Assembly (NCBI GenBank): GCA_020536535.1
Contig: JAHLWZ010000408.1
Span: 1-44,850 of the forward strand
Length of the DNA: 44,850 nt
Direction: 5' to 3'
DNA from: Pelomyxa schiedti
Lineage: Eukaryota > Protista > Evosea
In this document: positions 1 through 11,135 of the stretch, piece by piece
Position numbering within the stretch: the stretch's first letter is position 1
Layout of the letters: every line of letters begins with the position of its first letter
Notes under the pieces: model-generated
Database searches by the model: none
Seen by the model: the letters and a program-made list of their open reading frames with translations, nothing else
What the model was told of the DNA's origin: nothing
Translations under genes and position numbers: made by a program

Positions 1-36
1 CCATTAGTATTAATTTTGGTTGCCAGTTGTTCTCTC

Positions 37-2330
37 CTATGGAAATTGGACCGTCCATTCCATGTATTCAGAGAGAACACTGTGGATGAGCTCTTTACTT
101 AGGCCGTATCTCTCTGCTGTATAACTGCACAGAATTGAGTGGTTTTGTGTGGGTAACAAAAAAGAAAGAATACCCGGCTCTTCCATGTTTTCCTTGTTTG
201 TTATTGTTGAGGTAGTTCATAGATGCAGCCCTTGCCTCTTCACTGTGAAAGGGTGAGTGAGGAGAAGTGCTTAGGGAATGTGAAAGGGGAAAAAACTCAC
301 TCCATGGGGATGCCGAAGTGGTTGTATATCTTCTCAACTTCGCCAACGGGGTCCTTAATCAGCTGTATCATTGTTAATGCGGGCTAAAAGGGAATATAGT
401 AAGGGGAGTCTCACAGTGGTGTACTGTATGTTGTAGTACATTGCCGGGTCAGTCTTTCTCTGCCAGGCCATCACCCGGTCCCATGACAACTTGCACATCC
501 ACAAATTCAATCTTGCGAAAATTGGGAGGCAAAAGGATAGAGATCTAGATGCTCACCTGCCCAATTGGCCAAGGTCGAAGAACTGATCTTTGAAGAAGAT
601 ACTAGTCCACGTCTCCATTAGCCGGCAAAATGATGGCACTCCATCTACTGGATCGCGATGGATAAAAACAATTCCAAACCCTGGAGAGAACTCCTCGGTA
701 ATACTAGTGAGCGTGAGTGAATTCCACTGCGAAAAAGAGGATACCTATCCAGATAGAGCATGTGAAGTGCAGTTTTAAGAACCCAGTGTGTGACAGGCCA
801 CGTTGTTCCCTGCGGGAAGGCAGTTAGTTTCATTAGCGCGGTGTGTCTACTGACCTGATTGAGCATTTGCATGAACATACGAAGGAACCGGTAAATGAAA
901 TCTTTGTTCGGGTCCACAATCCAATCAGTGTATTGGTGACCGCTGACACCAAACGAGATGATGTTAATAGAAGTGTACATGAATATAACCATTTCTTCAT
1001 CTGCGAGACTGAGTGAGCTATACATATATCTACTATAAGCGAACCGGGCTCAGACGGGTCTGTAAGATGTGATTCAGCTATTCTTTTCCAGAAGCCCGGG
1101 TAAAGCTGCTCGAATTGGGCAAACTTGGCTCTGCACTACAGATTGCCGTAAATATACCAAGTTAGCTTATGTCTTCTAGGCGATACCTGGGCAATGCGTG
1201 GATCAGTGATGATTTGTTCCCGGTTAGTGACATAGTGTGTGGGATCAGCAAAATCTTTGTATAATTATTGGTGAAGTGAGAGGGTCAATTGTACCTATCA
1301 TCTCAAACACGTGCAAAGACCGCGTTGCAGGTTGTGCGGCCATCACTCTGTGCATTTTGAATGGAGGATATTGTGAAGGGAAAAAAAAAAAGAAAAAAAC
1401 CTGTGCATTAGAGTAGTTCCGCTCCTAAAATAACCAGCTATCATAATAACTTTTTTGATATGCGATGACGGTTGGTATACATCCGGATTGTCTAAGATAT
1501 ACCTCACAATCTTTTTTTTTGATTACGAGTTTACTTTGTTAGTACTTGGCGGGATACCTTCCTTCTTCCTTCAAGGACTCCACTTTGCCAGGTATTGAAC
1601 CAAAAAATACCTGTGAGTAAAAGGTGGATACTCAGGCTCGTTTCATTTATGATATTTTGTTTTGGTTACCTGTGGGTGTCATTTCTAACGGGAAGAGGTT
1701 GCAGTAGAAAGCATCAACACCACGAATGTACTCGTCAGGTGGGCCAAAAACATCCTCGTAGCCTGGCATCTCGCAAGTCTCCCTAGCTGTTCGCCTGAGC
1801 TGGTCCACTTGCAACGCTGTCCAAGAAAAGTTTGTCCACGGCAACCATGCACCAACTTTATCCATGCCCCATGAAACCCTGACATAAGTTAAACGTAACG
1901 TACACAACAAAAACTAACGCCCTTAGTTCAACACACATACTTTTTACCCCTCATAGAGATGTACATAACATTATCATTAACATGATATTGCTGTATTTTA
2001 GTTTGAGTTGATGTAATTTAGTATTTAATACCAAGAGAGGGGACTGGCAGGACAGCCGATGTGTGGACCCAAATGAGCCAGCTGTGATGCACGGGTAGCC
2101 CCCTTGATGGCCTCTGACAGCTCCCTTATATCCTCCACATCATCACCACTCCCACTGTTATCAATTGTACTTGTACATGTTGTTGTAGTTGAGGGGGCTG
2201 CTGTTACGGCCGCAGTTGCTGTTTCGTTTTCGGGTGACGGAATAGCAGTGGCGCAGTGGGAGGATGTTGGCGTTTCTTCTGGCGTGCCAGATGTGAATTG
2301 TGGGTGCTCTGCGTTGGACATCGCGGCCAT
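37..2330 (-). CDS. Sulfotransferase (Sulfotransfer_3-like, PAPS-dependent), multi-exon; paralog 1
   Basis: Spliced frame contains the 5'-PSB motif IMIAGYFRSGTTLMHR (~1400-1450), WVLKTALH, FIHRDPVDGVPSFCRL (3'-PB-like) and C-terminal NNNKQGKHGR...RYGLSKELIHSVLSEYMEWTVQFP*. First exon ends AHLGPHIGCPASPLSW|gtatt. Confidence 0.85.
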
Positions 2331-2720
2331 CGTCTCGTGTGATGTGATGCTCTTTCGGAGGCGAAGTGACACTTTTGGAGGATTTTCCTCATTGATCGAA
2401 CATCAGATTTTTGCAAAATCAAAGAGTTCTCTTGCACTTCTGTTGTTTCTGCAGGTTTCGTGACTTTTTGACTCGGGAACGTGACGAAATTCATCCAAGG
2501 GAATCACCGAACTTTGAACTCATCTCCATTAGGAAAGTCTATTTGTTTGTGCACTTCTCTGGAGCGACTTCGTCGTTACTTCAGGAGAGAATACATCGAC
2601 AGGTGCAGCGTGTTTTGTTGTCACTCTCGTTAAATGGCTGGGCAATGCGTTGATTTTGTGTGTTTGAAGCTCTTCATCACCCTTACGAGAAATAAGTGTT
2701 CCAGCGAAATTTTAGAGCGA

Positions 2721-3929
2721 ATGAACATCACAACAGCAAGGTCGCAAGTGATGGCGGTGTGCTGTGCCTCCCTCGGCGCTGTCCATACTCCCATAACTCT
2801 GCCCGCAGCCACAACATCGGCAGTTGGTCGCGCCGCCGCGCCGGCAAGGGCGATGACGGAGTGGGCGCGGTCGCCGGCGTTGGTGAGGCAGTGGGCCGAC
2901 GACTGGGTCCTCCCCCCATTGTGGGACGCCGTGTTGAGGCTCCCGTTCAGGGGCCTAGCCATGGAGACAATGGGCCAGCACCACTTTTTTTGTGTGAGTG
3001 TGTCGATGACACTTGGCGTTGTTGGCCACTCCTGGTGCAAGTGTGATCCCAACGAAACGATGCACGGGTGCGTTGGTGACAACAGGGTGCTGGTGGGCGT
3101 GACAAAGAGGATTCCTGGCAGAGTTGATGTTGAGCTTACTGTGGAGCACATCATCAGGGACACAACAGAGCCGTGGAGCGAAGATAGTTGCTCGCCGGAG
3201 CCCTCTATGGCACAGTGGGCGGCAATCAGGTTCACAACCTGCAACAGAAAGTGGATTGTTGGCTGCAATGACGAGGACTCGGTGCTGTACATTCGCCAGG
3301 TGGTGCGTGGTTCACCTGTTGGGACCGACGTTCTGGTCAAGTGCAGGAACCGCACTCCTGGTTTTGTTCCACAGTTCACACCACTGGGTGATGACAAAGT
3401 GATGTTCTTTGAATCGGATGATAACCGAAATGCTGCCGTGGTGTTTGTTGACTTGAGGGAAAGCTTCAACAAGAAGGAGCTGGTCGTGACATCAAAGATT
3501 GAGTGTGGCTCAAGTTCACAGTTCCCAACGGGAGTCACATGGCTTCCTGATGGTTCTCCTTGCATTTTGCAGCATGACAGGTTGGTGAATGCCAACCTGT
3601 CTATGAACTACAGCCTTGTGGACTCGAAAAGAAATAATATTGCGATACAGAAGCTAACTTGCAAAAAAGTGATCACACTCAGCAAGAATCACCTGTTTGT
3701 GAACAGCAGTCAAGTTTTCTGCACTCGTGACCTGGAACACCCTTCACTTTGCCTAACATGCACTTGGGCATGCCCTGACAAGCCTTCAGGCCTCATTCTT
3801 TCAACATCACACAACACCAACAGGGGAGGCACCGGAATTGAGTTCTCACTACATGATGGTGCCAGTGGATTTCACATTGGTGTGTTCACTGTTGCACTGC
3901 CAACTAATATCAGATTCCAACCCTGGTAA
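2721..3929 (+). CDS. Uncharacterised lineage-expanded intronless family member (ARSQ..ALVRxWAxDWVL / CNRKWIVG / HDGASGF)
   Basis: Long ORF 2634-3929, likely ATG at 2721; motifs shared with the genes at 4017, 7261 and 42580. Confidence 0.8.
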   Translation: MNITTARSQVMAVCCASLGAVHTPITLPAATTSAVGRAAAPARAMTEWARSPALVRQWADDWVLPPLWDAVLRLPFRGLAMETMGQHHFFCVSVSMTLGVVGHSWCKCDPNETMHGCVGDNRVLVGVTKRIPGRVDVELTVEHIIRDTTEPWSEDSCSPEPSMAQWAAIRFTTCNRKWIVGCNDEDSVLYIRQVVRGSPVGTDVLVKCRNRTPGFVPQFTPLGDDKVMFFESDDNRNAAVVFVDLRESFNKKELVVTSKIECGSSSQFPTGVTWLPDGSPCILQHDRLVNANLSMNYSLVDSKRNNIAIQKLTCKKVITLSKNHLFVNSSQVFCTRDLEHPSLCLTCTWACPDKPSGLILSTSHNTNRGGTGIEFSLHDGASGFHIGVFTVALPTNIRFQPW

Positions 3930-4016
3930 TTGGAGAAGAAGGAAACGAAACAAAACAAAGGAAAACACAATACTGTTTTCAAAGGATCCCACAGTGTTGT
4001 GTTGATTGATCGTACG

Positions 4017-5381
4017 TTAAAACACTGAGCCAATGACAAAAGGATCAATGGATGAAAAGGTGAAATCACCAACACAAAATCCTGTGGCTCCATCGTGCAC
4101 TGTGAAGTGAATTTCAGATGTGTTCTTACCACGCTCTGTGCCATCTGAAGTGGATGCAATGAGACCTGATGGGACGTGGGCAGAGGCCCATGTGCATTGA
4201 ACACACAGAGAGGGCGTTTTGAGGTTGTTGGTGGAATAGACATGNNNNNNNNNNNNNNNNNNNNNNNNNNNNNNNNNNNNNNNNNNNNNNNNNNNNNNNN
4301 NNNNNNNNNNNNNNNNNNNNNNNNNNNNNNNNNNNNNNNNNNNNATGTTGGGTGGAAATATATTCGCCTCATTGCCAGTTGTGCTTTCAAGAGCAATCCC
4401 CAATCCAGGACTACCGTGCAAAGTGGATGCGGACCCATCAGGCATCCATAGAATACCCTTTGGGGAAGTATACTGTGAGGTGAAAAACTTTGGTCTGCTC
4501 TTGGAGCCAACGCTTTTGGGCCTATGGTAACTGCACTCAACCCTTGATGTGACAACCAGAGTTTTCCCACTGAAGCTGGATTCCAGGTCAATGAATTCCA
4601 CGAAGCCCCTTTGCTGCGCATTTTCGCTGAATGACAACACAACATCAACACTCACAGGTGAGAACTGTAGAGTCACTATCACGTCATCAACCTGGAAACT
4701 CTGCTCCTCCGAGACCTTCAATCCACAGCCAGATACCTTCCAAACGACCATTTCCAGCGAATTGGCCAGTCCCACAATCCACTTCCTGTTGCACAACACA
4801 TCGAAGTGCGGGTCCCCGCCTGCAGTTGTCAGCGTCCTTTCCTCTGCTCGTCTCGATTCCTGGCCGCTCAGCAGCGGTTGATCCCGAGTCTCGGCCAATC
4901 GACCGCCCGCCACCGCGTAGTCCGCGGCACCCACAATTCCGTGGTAGTAGCTCCAGCCGCTGCAGGGCGACCTGTGGCTCACCAGCACGCCGGCGCCGTC
5001 GTCGCCAACCAGCCCGCGCACCTCGGTCCACGCGTTGTCCATCACGAGCCACCGCGACGACACGAGCCCCAGCGTGGCAGACACACTCACGCACAGGTAG
5101 TGGCACCTCAGCGCGCTGAACGGAAGCCTGAACGCGGCGTGGTGGGCGGGCCTGAGGACCCAGTCATTGGCCCACGCCCGGACAAGGGCCGTCGACTGCG
5201 CCCATCGAACAAGTGATGGTGATGTTGGTGTTGTTGTTGTTGAATGCGATGGTGGTGGTGGCGATGGCCTTTTGGAGACGACGGGGGCACATAGCAGGGC
5301 CGTGGCCTGTGACTTGGCAGTGGTACGAACGATGGGCGGTCGTCGTTTGTGTTGTTTCGGTTGTGACTGGCTGTGTCCCAT
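4017..5381 (-). CDS. CNRKWIVG family member (spans N gap 4245-4344)
   Basis: AKSQATALLCAP, ALVRAWANDWVL, CNRKWIVG, QFSP, FIDLESSF, GILWMPDGS, HDGATGFCVG. Confidence 0.8.
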   Translation of the reverse strand: MGHSQSQPKQHKRRPPIVRTTAKSQATALLCAPVVSKRPSPPPPSHSTTTTPTSPSLVRWAQSTALVRAWANDWVLRPAHHAAFRLPFSALRCHYLCVSVSATLGLVSSRWLVMDNAWTEVRGLVGDDGAGVLVSHRSPCSGWSYYHGIVGAADYAVAGGRLAETRDQPLLSGQESRRAEERTLTTAGGDPHFDVLCNRKWIVGLANSLEMVVWKVSGCGLKVSEEQSFQVDDVIVTLQFSPVSVDVVLSFSENAQQRGFVEFIDLESSFSGKTLVVTSRVECSYHRPKSVGSKSRPKFFTSQYTSPKGILWMPDGSASTLHGSPGLGIALESTTGNEANIFPPNXXXXXXXXXXXXXXXXXXXXXXXXXXXXXXXXXXHVYSTNNLKTPSLCVQCTWASAHVPSGLIASTSDGTERGKNTSEIHFTVHDGATGFCVGDFTFSSIDPFVIGSVF

Positions 5382-5443
5382 GAAACTCTGAGGATCAAAC
5401 CGTTGTGGGAACTTGTCAATGAAAAAGAATTTGATGAGTCGGT

Positions 5444-5564
5444 GTCAGGAGTGTTGTGGAGAGTAATACGTAAAAGTAGCAGAGTTAACAACAAAAGGGT
5501 CCCTCTGAGGATGTCAACGTGAATCACCAACGCAGAAATCAGTGGCTCCATCATGCACTCTGAA
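5444..5564 (-). pseudogene. Orphan 3' fragment of a CNRKWIVG family gene (copy of the end of the 7261-8813 gene)
   Basis: Nucleotide similarity to 7261-7380 (tcaggagtgttgtggagagtaa...ggctccatcatgcactctgaa); encodes FRVHDGATDFCVGD with no upstream ORF. Confidence 0.65.
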
Positions 5565-5865
5565 CTGGCTGACTCAAGACCGGAACGCTATCATTTTCGT
5601 CGCTCAGGATCGGCGGTCTGGTGTTTTTTCCTCGTTGTATTGGTGAATGGCTGTTGTACATATATATATGTACAACCCTGCAAGTCGAAAGTGAGTGGGG
5701 TGTGTTGTAGAACATTATGCACATAATGATTCCTTTTTCGGGAGGTTCAGTAGATTCTGAATGTCTTGTGTGGGAACAAAAAATGGGGCACCCCACAGCA
5801 CATCATAATCAGCAGTAAATTTTGTGTTTTGTCGTTCGTTGTTCTTGGAAGAGACCCGAAAAAAG

Positions 5866-7095
5866 ATGTTGAAGTCACCACCACCGTGCACTGTCGTGGC
5901 CAGTCACCCAACAACGTCGGTGGGCCAGTTCCTTGCTCTTTTGTCGTCGTCCCACCCTCGTTGTGGTGCCCGCAGCCCTGCCCGCATGATCTGCTGCGTC
6001 GGTCCCATAATGTCCGCCATGTGGCGCGACGTCGTACTGCCCACGGCGCTGCTGTTCGAAGTCGTGCTCGAGCGCCCCAGCACGTCGCCGATGTCGTGCT
6101 GCTCTGTTCCCATAACCGTGTCTCCCCTGCTCGGCAGCGTGCTCAACCGTGCCGTCACCCCCGCGGTCACAGGGACCCTCAAGTGGCTCACGCGCCGCTC
6201 CGTCATGCACACCCAGGTCCAGTTCGCCAAGGACTCCTCAGCTGTCACCGCGTCGATTCGCGACGGTCTTCTAATCATTTGGTTCCAAACGGGCGGCCGC
6301 GGCCTCTGCGAGTGCGCCAATTCGAAGTGGCTGATTGCGTGCGAGAGCCTCCCTGGGGACGCAGGACGCGTGCTGGCCATCAGGAGCCTCCCAACAAACC
6401 CGGCGGCGATTCGCAATTGTGGGAGCCACCAAGCCGCTGCAGCTGTTGTTGTCGACCCCGCTGTGGTGCTTGTTCCCGAGAGCGACGCTGTGTCCAGCTT
6501 CTCGCCTGTTCTATTTTTCAACAAGGTTGTTCCTGACGAGGCACTGATGTGCACTGCCAACTTTGACCAGGCTGTGTTCACTCTGTTTGATGTGGAGCTC
6601 ACATTTCAGTCAAAGAAGCTGGCTGTGGTGGCTTGTGCGCGGGCGGACTGGACGTTGGATGATCCGTGCATGTATGACACGGCTCTGGTGATGAGGAGAG
6701 CGAGTGGTGGTGTCGTCTTCGTGACGAAACCTGTTGGGGATGACAACTTTGTGAGGGCAGTGGACGGCAGGACGGGAAATGCCAGGCGTCTGGGAGATAG
6801 GGGCGCTGTTATCATGCAGGTGGATTCCTCTGTGTTCTGCATCTGCACCAACGGAAAGTCATCGTATGAGCTGTGGGACTGCAACAACCTGGAGCAACCA
6901 CTGAGGACCGTGGAAACCGGACTTGTGGCACTTGGCCAGGTTGTTGGTGGAAGGGGCTTTCTGTTCTCTGTGATTGATGGTGGTAAGATTGTGGTGATAA
7001 ATGCGGTGTCAGGCGTTGCTGTCACCTCTCTTGCTGTTTCCTTCACCCCCCACTCTCCGTTCTTCATCAACCAGCTTTACTCTCTTTTGGACTGA
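5866..7095 (+). CDS. Related expanded-family member (HPRCGARSP / CANSKWL subtype)
   Basis: Intronless ORF; QFLALLSSSHPRCGARSPA N-terminal motif, CANSKWLI, FDVELTFQSKKL, YELWDCN. Confidence 0.75.
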   Translation: MLKSPPPCTVVASHPTTSVGQFLALLSSSHPRCGARSPARMICCVGPIMSAMWRDVVLPTALLFEVVLERPSTSPMSCCSVPITVSPLLGSVLNRAVTPAVTGTLKWLTRRSVMHTQVQFAKDSSAVTASIRDGLLIIWFQTGGRGLCECANSKWLIACESLPGDAGRVLAIRSLPTNPAAIRNCGSHQAAAAVVVDPAVVLVPESDAVSSFSPVLFFNKVVPDEALMCTANFDQAVFTLFDVELTFQSKKLAVVACARADWTLDDPCMYDTALVMRRASGGVVFVTKPVGDDNFVRAVDGRTGNARRLGDRGAVIMQVDSSVFCICTNGKSSYELWDCNNLEQPLRTVETGLVALGQVVGGRGFLFSVIDGGKIVVINAVSGVAVTSLAVSFTPHSPFFINQLYSLLD

Positions 7096-7260
7096 CAGTT
7101 TTGAGTGCAAAAATCCAACACCTCTCCTATTCCACATCCATTTGACTAAAATTGGAGACGGCGGAAGCAGAACGATGGGCGGTCGTCTAATGGAAACGTA
7201 ACTCTGAATACAAAACGGTCGGGCAGTTTGTTCTTCAAAAAGGGATTTGACAAGTCTGTG

Positions 7261-8813
7261 TCAGGAGTGTTGTGGAGAGTAATGGTACGTAAAAGTAGCG
7301 GGGTGAACAACAAAAGGATCTGTGGATGTAAACGTGAAATCACCAACACAGAAATCGGTGGCTCCATCATGCACTCTGAAATGAAGTTCAGAGGTCTTCT
7401 TACCGCACTCATCTGAAGTGTATGCAATGAGGCCTGACTGCCCGTGTGCAGAGGCCCATGTGCAGGGAACGCACACAGAGGGTGTCCCGAGGTTGTTGGT
7501 GGAATAAACCTGGAAGGAAGTACCAATGAGCACAAAGAGGTGCCGTGCGCCAATGGGTTCCACATCTTTGCTCTCTGGAGAGACAGTCACTACATTTCCT
7601 GTTGTGCTTTCTCTCATAACAACCTCAGATGAAGAGCCAGAGTGCAAGGTGGACGTGGATCCATCGGGCATCCACAGGATACCCCTGGGAAGGAAGGAAC
7701 CACACTCAACCCTTGAATTGACAACCAGATTCTCCCCGATGAAGCTGGATTCCAAGTCAATGAACTCCACAATCCCAATGCTTTCGCGAAGTGCAGCATT
7801 GAATCTGCATGCGATGGCAACATCATCACACACAGGCGAGAACTGCATTTCCATCAACTCCATCGAATCATCAACTTTGATCACCCTCTCCTCTGAAACC
7901 TCCACACCACGGTCACTCCCTCTTCCACAACAGCAACAACTGGAAACCCTCCAAACCGCCATTTGCACCGAACTCGGTTGTCCCAGGATCCACTTCCTGT
8001 TGCACGACACAGTAAAGGGCGTGACATTGCCCAGATACGTCAGAGCTCGTTGCTTGATCCCACAACTGAGACTGGAAGACACGGAATCCAAATCCACAAT
8101 GCAGTGGCAGTGGGTGCAGGTGCTGGGGCCTGTCCAACTCAGTGCCTCAACAAGGACCCACCCGCCATCGTCGCCAAGCAGCCCACGCAGCTCAAGCCAC
8201 ATCTTCTGCATCAGGAAGCAGTGTGACGACACGAGCCCCAGCGTGGGAGACACACAAACGGCCACGCACGGCTGGCTTCGCCCGTCGATGGGGGCGGGAT
8301 TTATTGGGAGCCCGAACACGGCGTGGCGGGCCGGCCTGAGGATCCAGTCAGTGGCCCACGCCCGAACAAGTGCCGTCGACTGTGCCCACTGAACAAGCGA
8401 CGGCGGTGGCGAACACGTAGTTATGGGTTGTCTTGGTGGTGTTGCTGTTGGTTGTGGTCTTTTTGCAACAACAGGGGCGCAGAGCAGGGCCATGGCTTGT
8501 GACTTGGCCGTCGTTGTGGTGGCCACACAAGGTGCNNNNNNNNNNNNNNNNNNNNNNNNNNNNNNNNNNNNNNNNNNNNNNNNNNNNNNNNNNNNNNNNN
8601 NNNNNNNNNNNNNNNNNNNNNNNNNNNNNNNNNNNACGTAGTTATGGGTTGTCTTGGTGGTGTTGCTGTTGGTTGTGGTCTTTTTGCAACAACAGGGGCG
8701 CAGAGCAGGGCCATGGCTTGTGACTTGGCCGTCGTTGTGGTGGCCACACAAGGTGCGATGTGGGTACTTGGTTGTGGTTGTGGTGCCACTGATTGCGACG
8801 GCACCTTCTTCAT
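7261..8813 (-). CDS. CNRKWIVG family member; 5' end duplicated around gap 8536-8635 (assembly artefact)
   Basis: Collapsing the identical copies 8416-8535 and 8636-8755 gives MKKVPSQ...AKSQAMALLCAP...ALVRAWATDWIL...CNRKWILG...HDGATDFCVG. Confidence 0.8.
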
Positions 8814-8892
8814 CTGGCAAACAAAAAAAACACCAGATCGCCGAGACTGGGCGATGCCTACGAAAATGCGCGTTCCGAGGAAAATTCAATTA

Positions 8893-9321
8893 CACCCGTG
8901 TTCATCAAAATGAGAAAAACATGGATCTGGACGGCGGAGAGGGCAGATCTAGAGGTTGGGTGTTTGGTTGATTTGTTGGTTGATGTGCGTGAACACTTGC
9001 GGCGGTGGGATCCAAAGTCCTTTTGTAGTCACCTGTAGGTATTAGTAAATGGTTAGCGGAGCGGGGGTTAGCGGAGCAAGACACAACCACAAAAATCAGG
9101 GTCGACTCCCACAACCCCTCGTTACGGGGGCAGTACTCATTCAAAAGAAAGCAGCCGTTGTTGCGTCTATTACCTCAAGGGTTACCGAAAGCGATAAGTA
9201 CTCTACTACAACAACAAACGTTATGCATCGCTAAGTATGCGGCGGCGTAGCGGTTCGTGGCTGATGCAACACTGCCGTGTCGTCCAGATCCATGTTTTTC
9301 TCATTTTGATGAACACGGGTG
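8893..9321. mobile_element. Putative non-autonomous Tc1/mariner-type MITE
   Basis: Perfect 41-bp terminal inverted repeats (cacccgtgttcatcaaaatgagaaaaacatggatctggacg at 8893-8933; reverse complement at 9281-9321), TA on both sides (8891-8892, 9322-9323), no internal transposase ORF. Confidence 0.75.
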
Positions 9322-9349
9322 TAACCAAGACACAAAGCAGACAAACGAA

Positions 9350-11032
9350 ATGGGGCAAAATTTGTGGAGTCAAACGGGTGGTGGTGGCCACAGAGACGCT
9401 TTCCCTCCGCCAAACGGGAGATCAGATCACCAATTAAATGCGTCGACAGTCTCACAACGCAGTGTCGTCGAGGGGGGCGGAAAGGGGTTCGTGGCCACGT
9501 ACACCAAATTCGCGCGACCGAGGTATCACCTCATCTACGTTTGTTGCCCTGGCGTGTTGGCCCTCATCGCGGGCACACACCCACGGTGCGGGGCGAGGAG
9601 CCCAGTGGCGATTATGGGAACCCACGGCGAGGCACTCGTCAGGATCCTCGTGGATTTCGTTGCCCTCGTTTTGACTGAACAGAGGCTTTGTTTTGACGTC
9701 TGGGGGTTGCTTCCCTGCCGTGAAAAATGGATGGCCAGGTTCTGTTTGACAGTGTCACCACTGTTTGGAATCACAAGTGATGTTATTGAGCTGGAGTATT
9801 CGAGTGATCCTACAAAGCCACTGAGCGAGGAGGACTGGTGGCAGGCAGAAAACACACTGTGGGAAGTTGTCTGCTATCCAAAGGTGTGCTGTAGGTGTGA
9901 CCCACTGAAGAACATGAGACTGATTTCGAAGGCAGGCGGGAGGGAGGATGTGCTGGTTCCGTTCGATGGCGTCATGGGCCATGTTGTGGTGTGGTTTGTT
10001 GGTTTGGATCGTGTGACCCCAAACGAGCTTCTCTTGATTGTCTCTCAGGAGGGGAAATTGGCCACAGTCATCCACATGGTGATTGACTTGGAGAGTTCAT
10101 TCACCAGCAAGTCCTTGGTTGTTCTGGACAAGGCAGCTTTCAAATGGCCTTTCCGCATGGACCCCCGCAAAGCTCAATGTGAAGTTATTTCTGCCTTTGC
10201 CATGAGGAAGCCCACTGGACAACGGGCATTTCTGTCCCACATCAACTGGTATCAAACCAGCAAGAGTGAGGTCATCGAATTTGTGGAAGTGTGTACTTCC
10301 ACAAAGTACACGAACTCGGCCTTGCTCGCAAGGCTCTGAAGTCTGGCGGACTTTAGTGGGATTGGAGAGACTGAGCCGAATCTGGACTATTACCAGAATG
10401 AGACAGCGAAGGTAATGATCAGCGCACAGCGCAGCTGGGCGCACAAATACAGCAACAACAACGTGGCAGGCGGTTTTGATTACGTGCACACTTGTCCGAG
10501 AATCCATTTGAACATCGCAGCCTTTTAACCCAATCGCACAACCGCTCTGCGAGATTTTACACACTCCCTTTTTATCCCCTTTACACAACAACGACGAGAA
10601 CAAACAAGAGAACCCTTTATTCTCTTCACTCTCACTCGTTTTCTTCCTCTGTGGGACTTATTCTCGAGCCCACAGAAGCTAACAGAAGGCAGCGGCACAA
10701 CCAGGGTTCTTGCTTCATTCGAGTTGCAGTGCCACATTTCCAAGTTCAGTGAGTCCCTGTTCTTCCTATTTTCGTGGAACCCCCCTGCTGGCTGGTCATA
10801 CACACTCTGGGACTGCTCTGGGTCAACTTCAGCACCAATTCAATGTTTCCAGCTTGTTGAGTGCACAGACGACGACCTGGAGCTCGACTCCAAAACCACA
10901 GGAACGGGAGTTGCAGTGTATTGTGTGCCACCAAATGGAATCAGAGTCGTTGAGTTGTTGTCTTGTGTGACCGTTCTCAACATTGAGTTGATTGGAGCTC
11001 CTGCACCCGCTTACCGAATCCAATTCGAATAA
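9350..11032 (+). CDS. Expanded-family member (HPRCGARSP subtype) interrupted by a ~400-bp insertion/intron
   Basis: HPRCGARSP, IDLESSFTSKSLVV, MRKPTG in the 5' ORF; homology to the 5866 gene resumes at ~10688 (GSGTTRVL...YTLWDC...VVELLSCVTVLNIE). Confidence 0.65.
10289..10688. mobile_element. Hairpin-rich inserted element (copy A), possibly spliced as an intron
   Basis: Interrupts the CDS between GAAG direct repeats (10286-10289 and 10685-10688); several hairpins; ends ctaac-ag; four collinear motifs shared with 25569-25894. Confidence 0.5.
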
Positions 11033-11135
11033 TTGTATGGTTGTTGTTGTGTTTTAGCACAAAAATCTGAAAAAATTAAAAAAACAAACTGAAAGAACGC
11101 ACTTTGATCGAAATACAACAGCAGCTGTTGGTGAC

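Noticed and set aside
2025-2372. Short ORFs ending ...PLSWY* (also 28866-29216) that look like conserved small proteins or uORFs
   Set aside because: TG|GTATT is a splice donor; these are exon 1 of the sulfotransferases and continue in frame to SWGM.
8416-8755. 120-bp perfect tandem repeat (likewise 41052-41393)
   Set aside because: Identical sequence on both sides of a 100-N gap indicates an unmerged contig overlap.
10340-10560. Resemblance to snRNA or group I intron motifs (acagcgaagg, gcctttta, gagactga)
   Set aside because: No ACAGAGA/AGC U6 context, no U5 loop stem, and no partner strand for a P7 helix.
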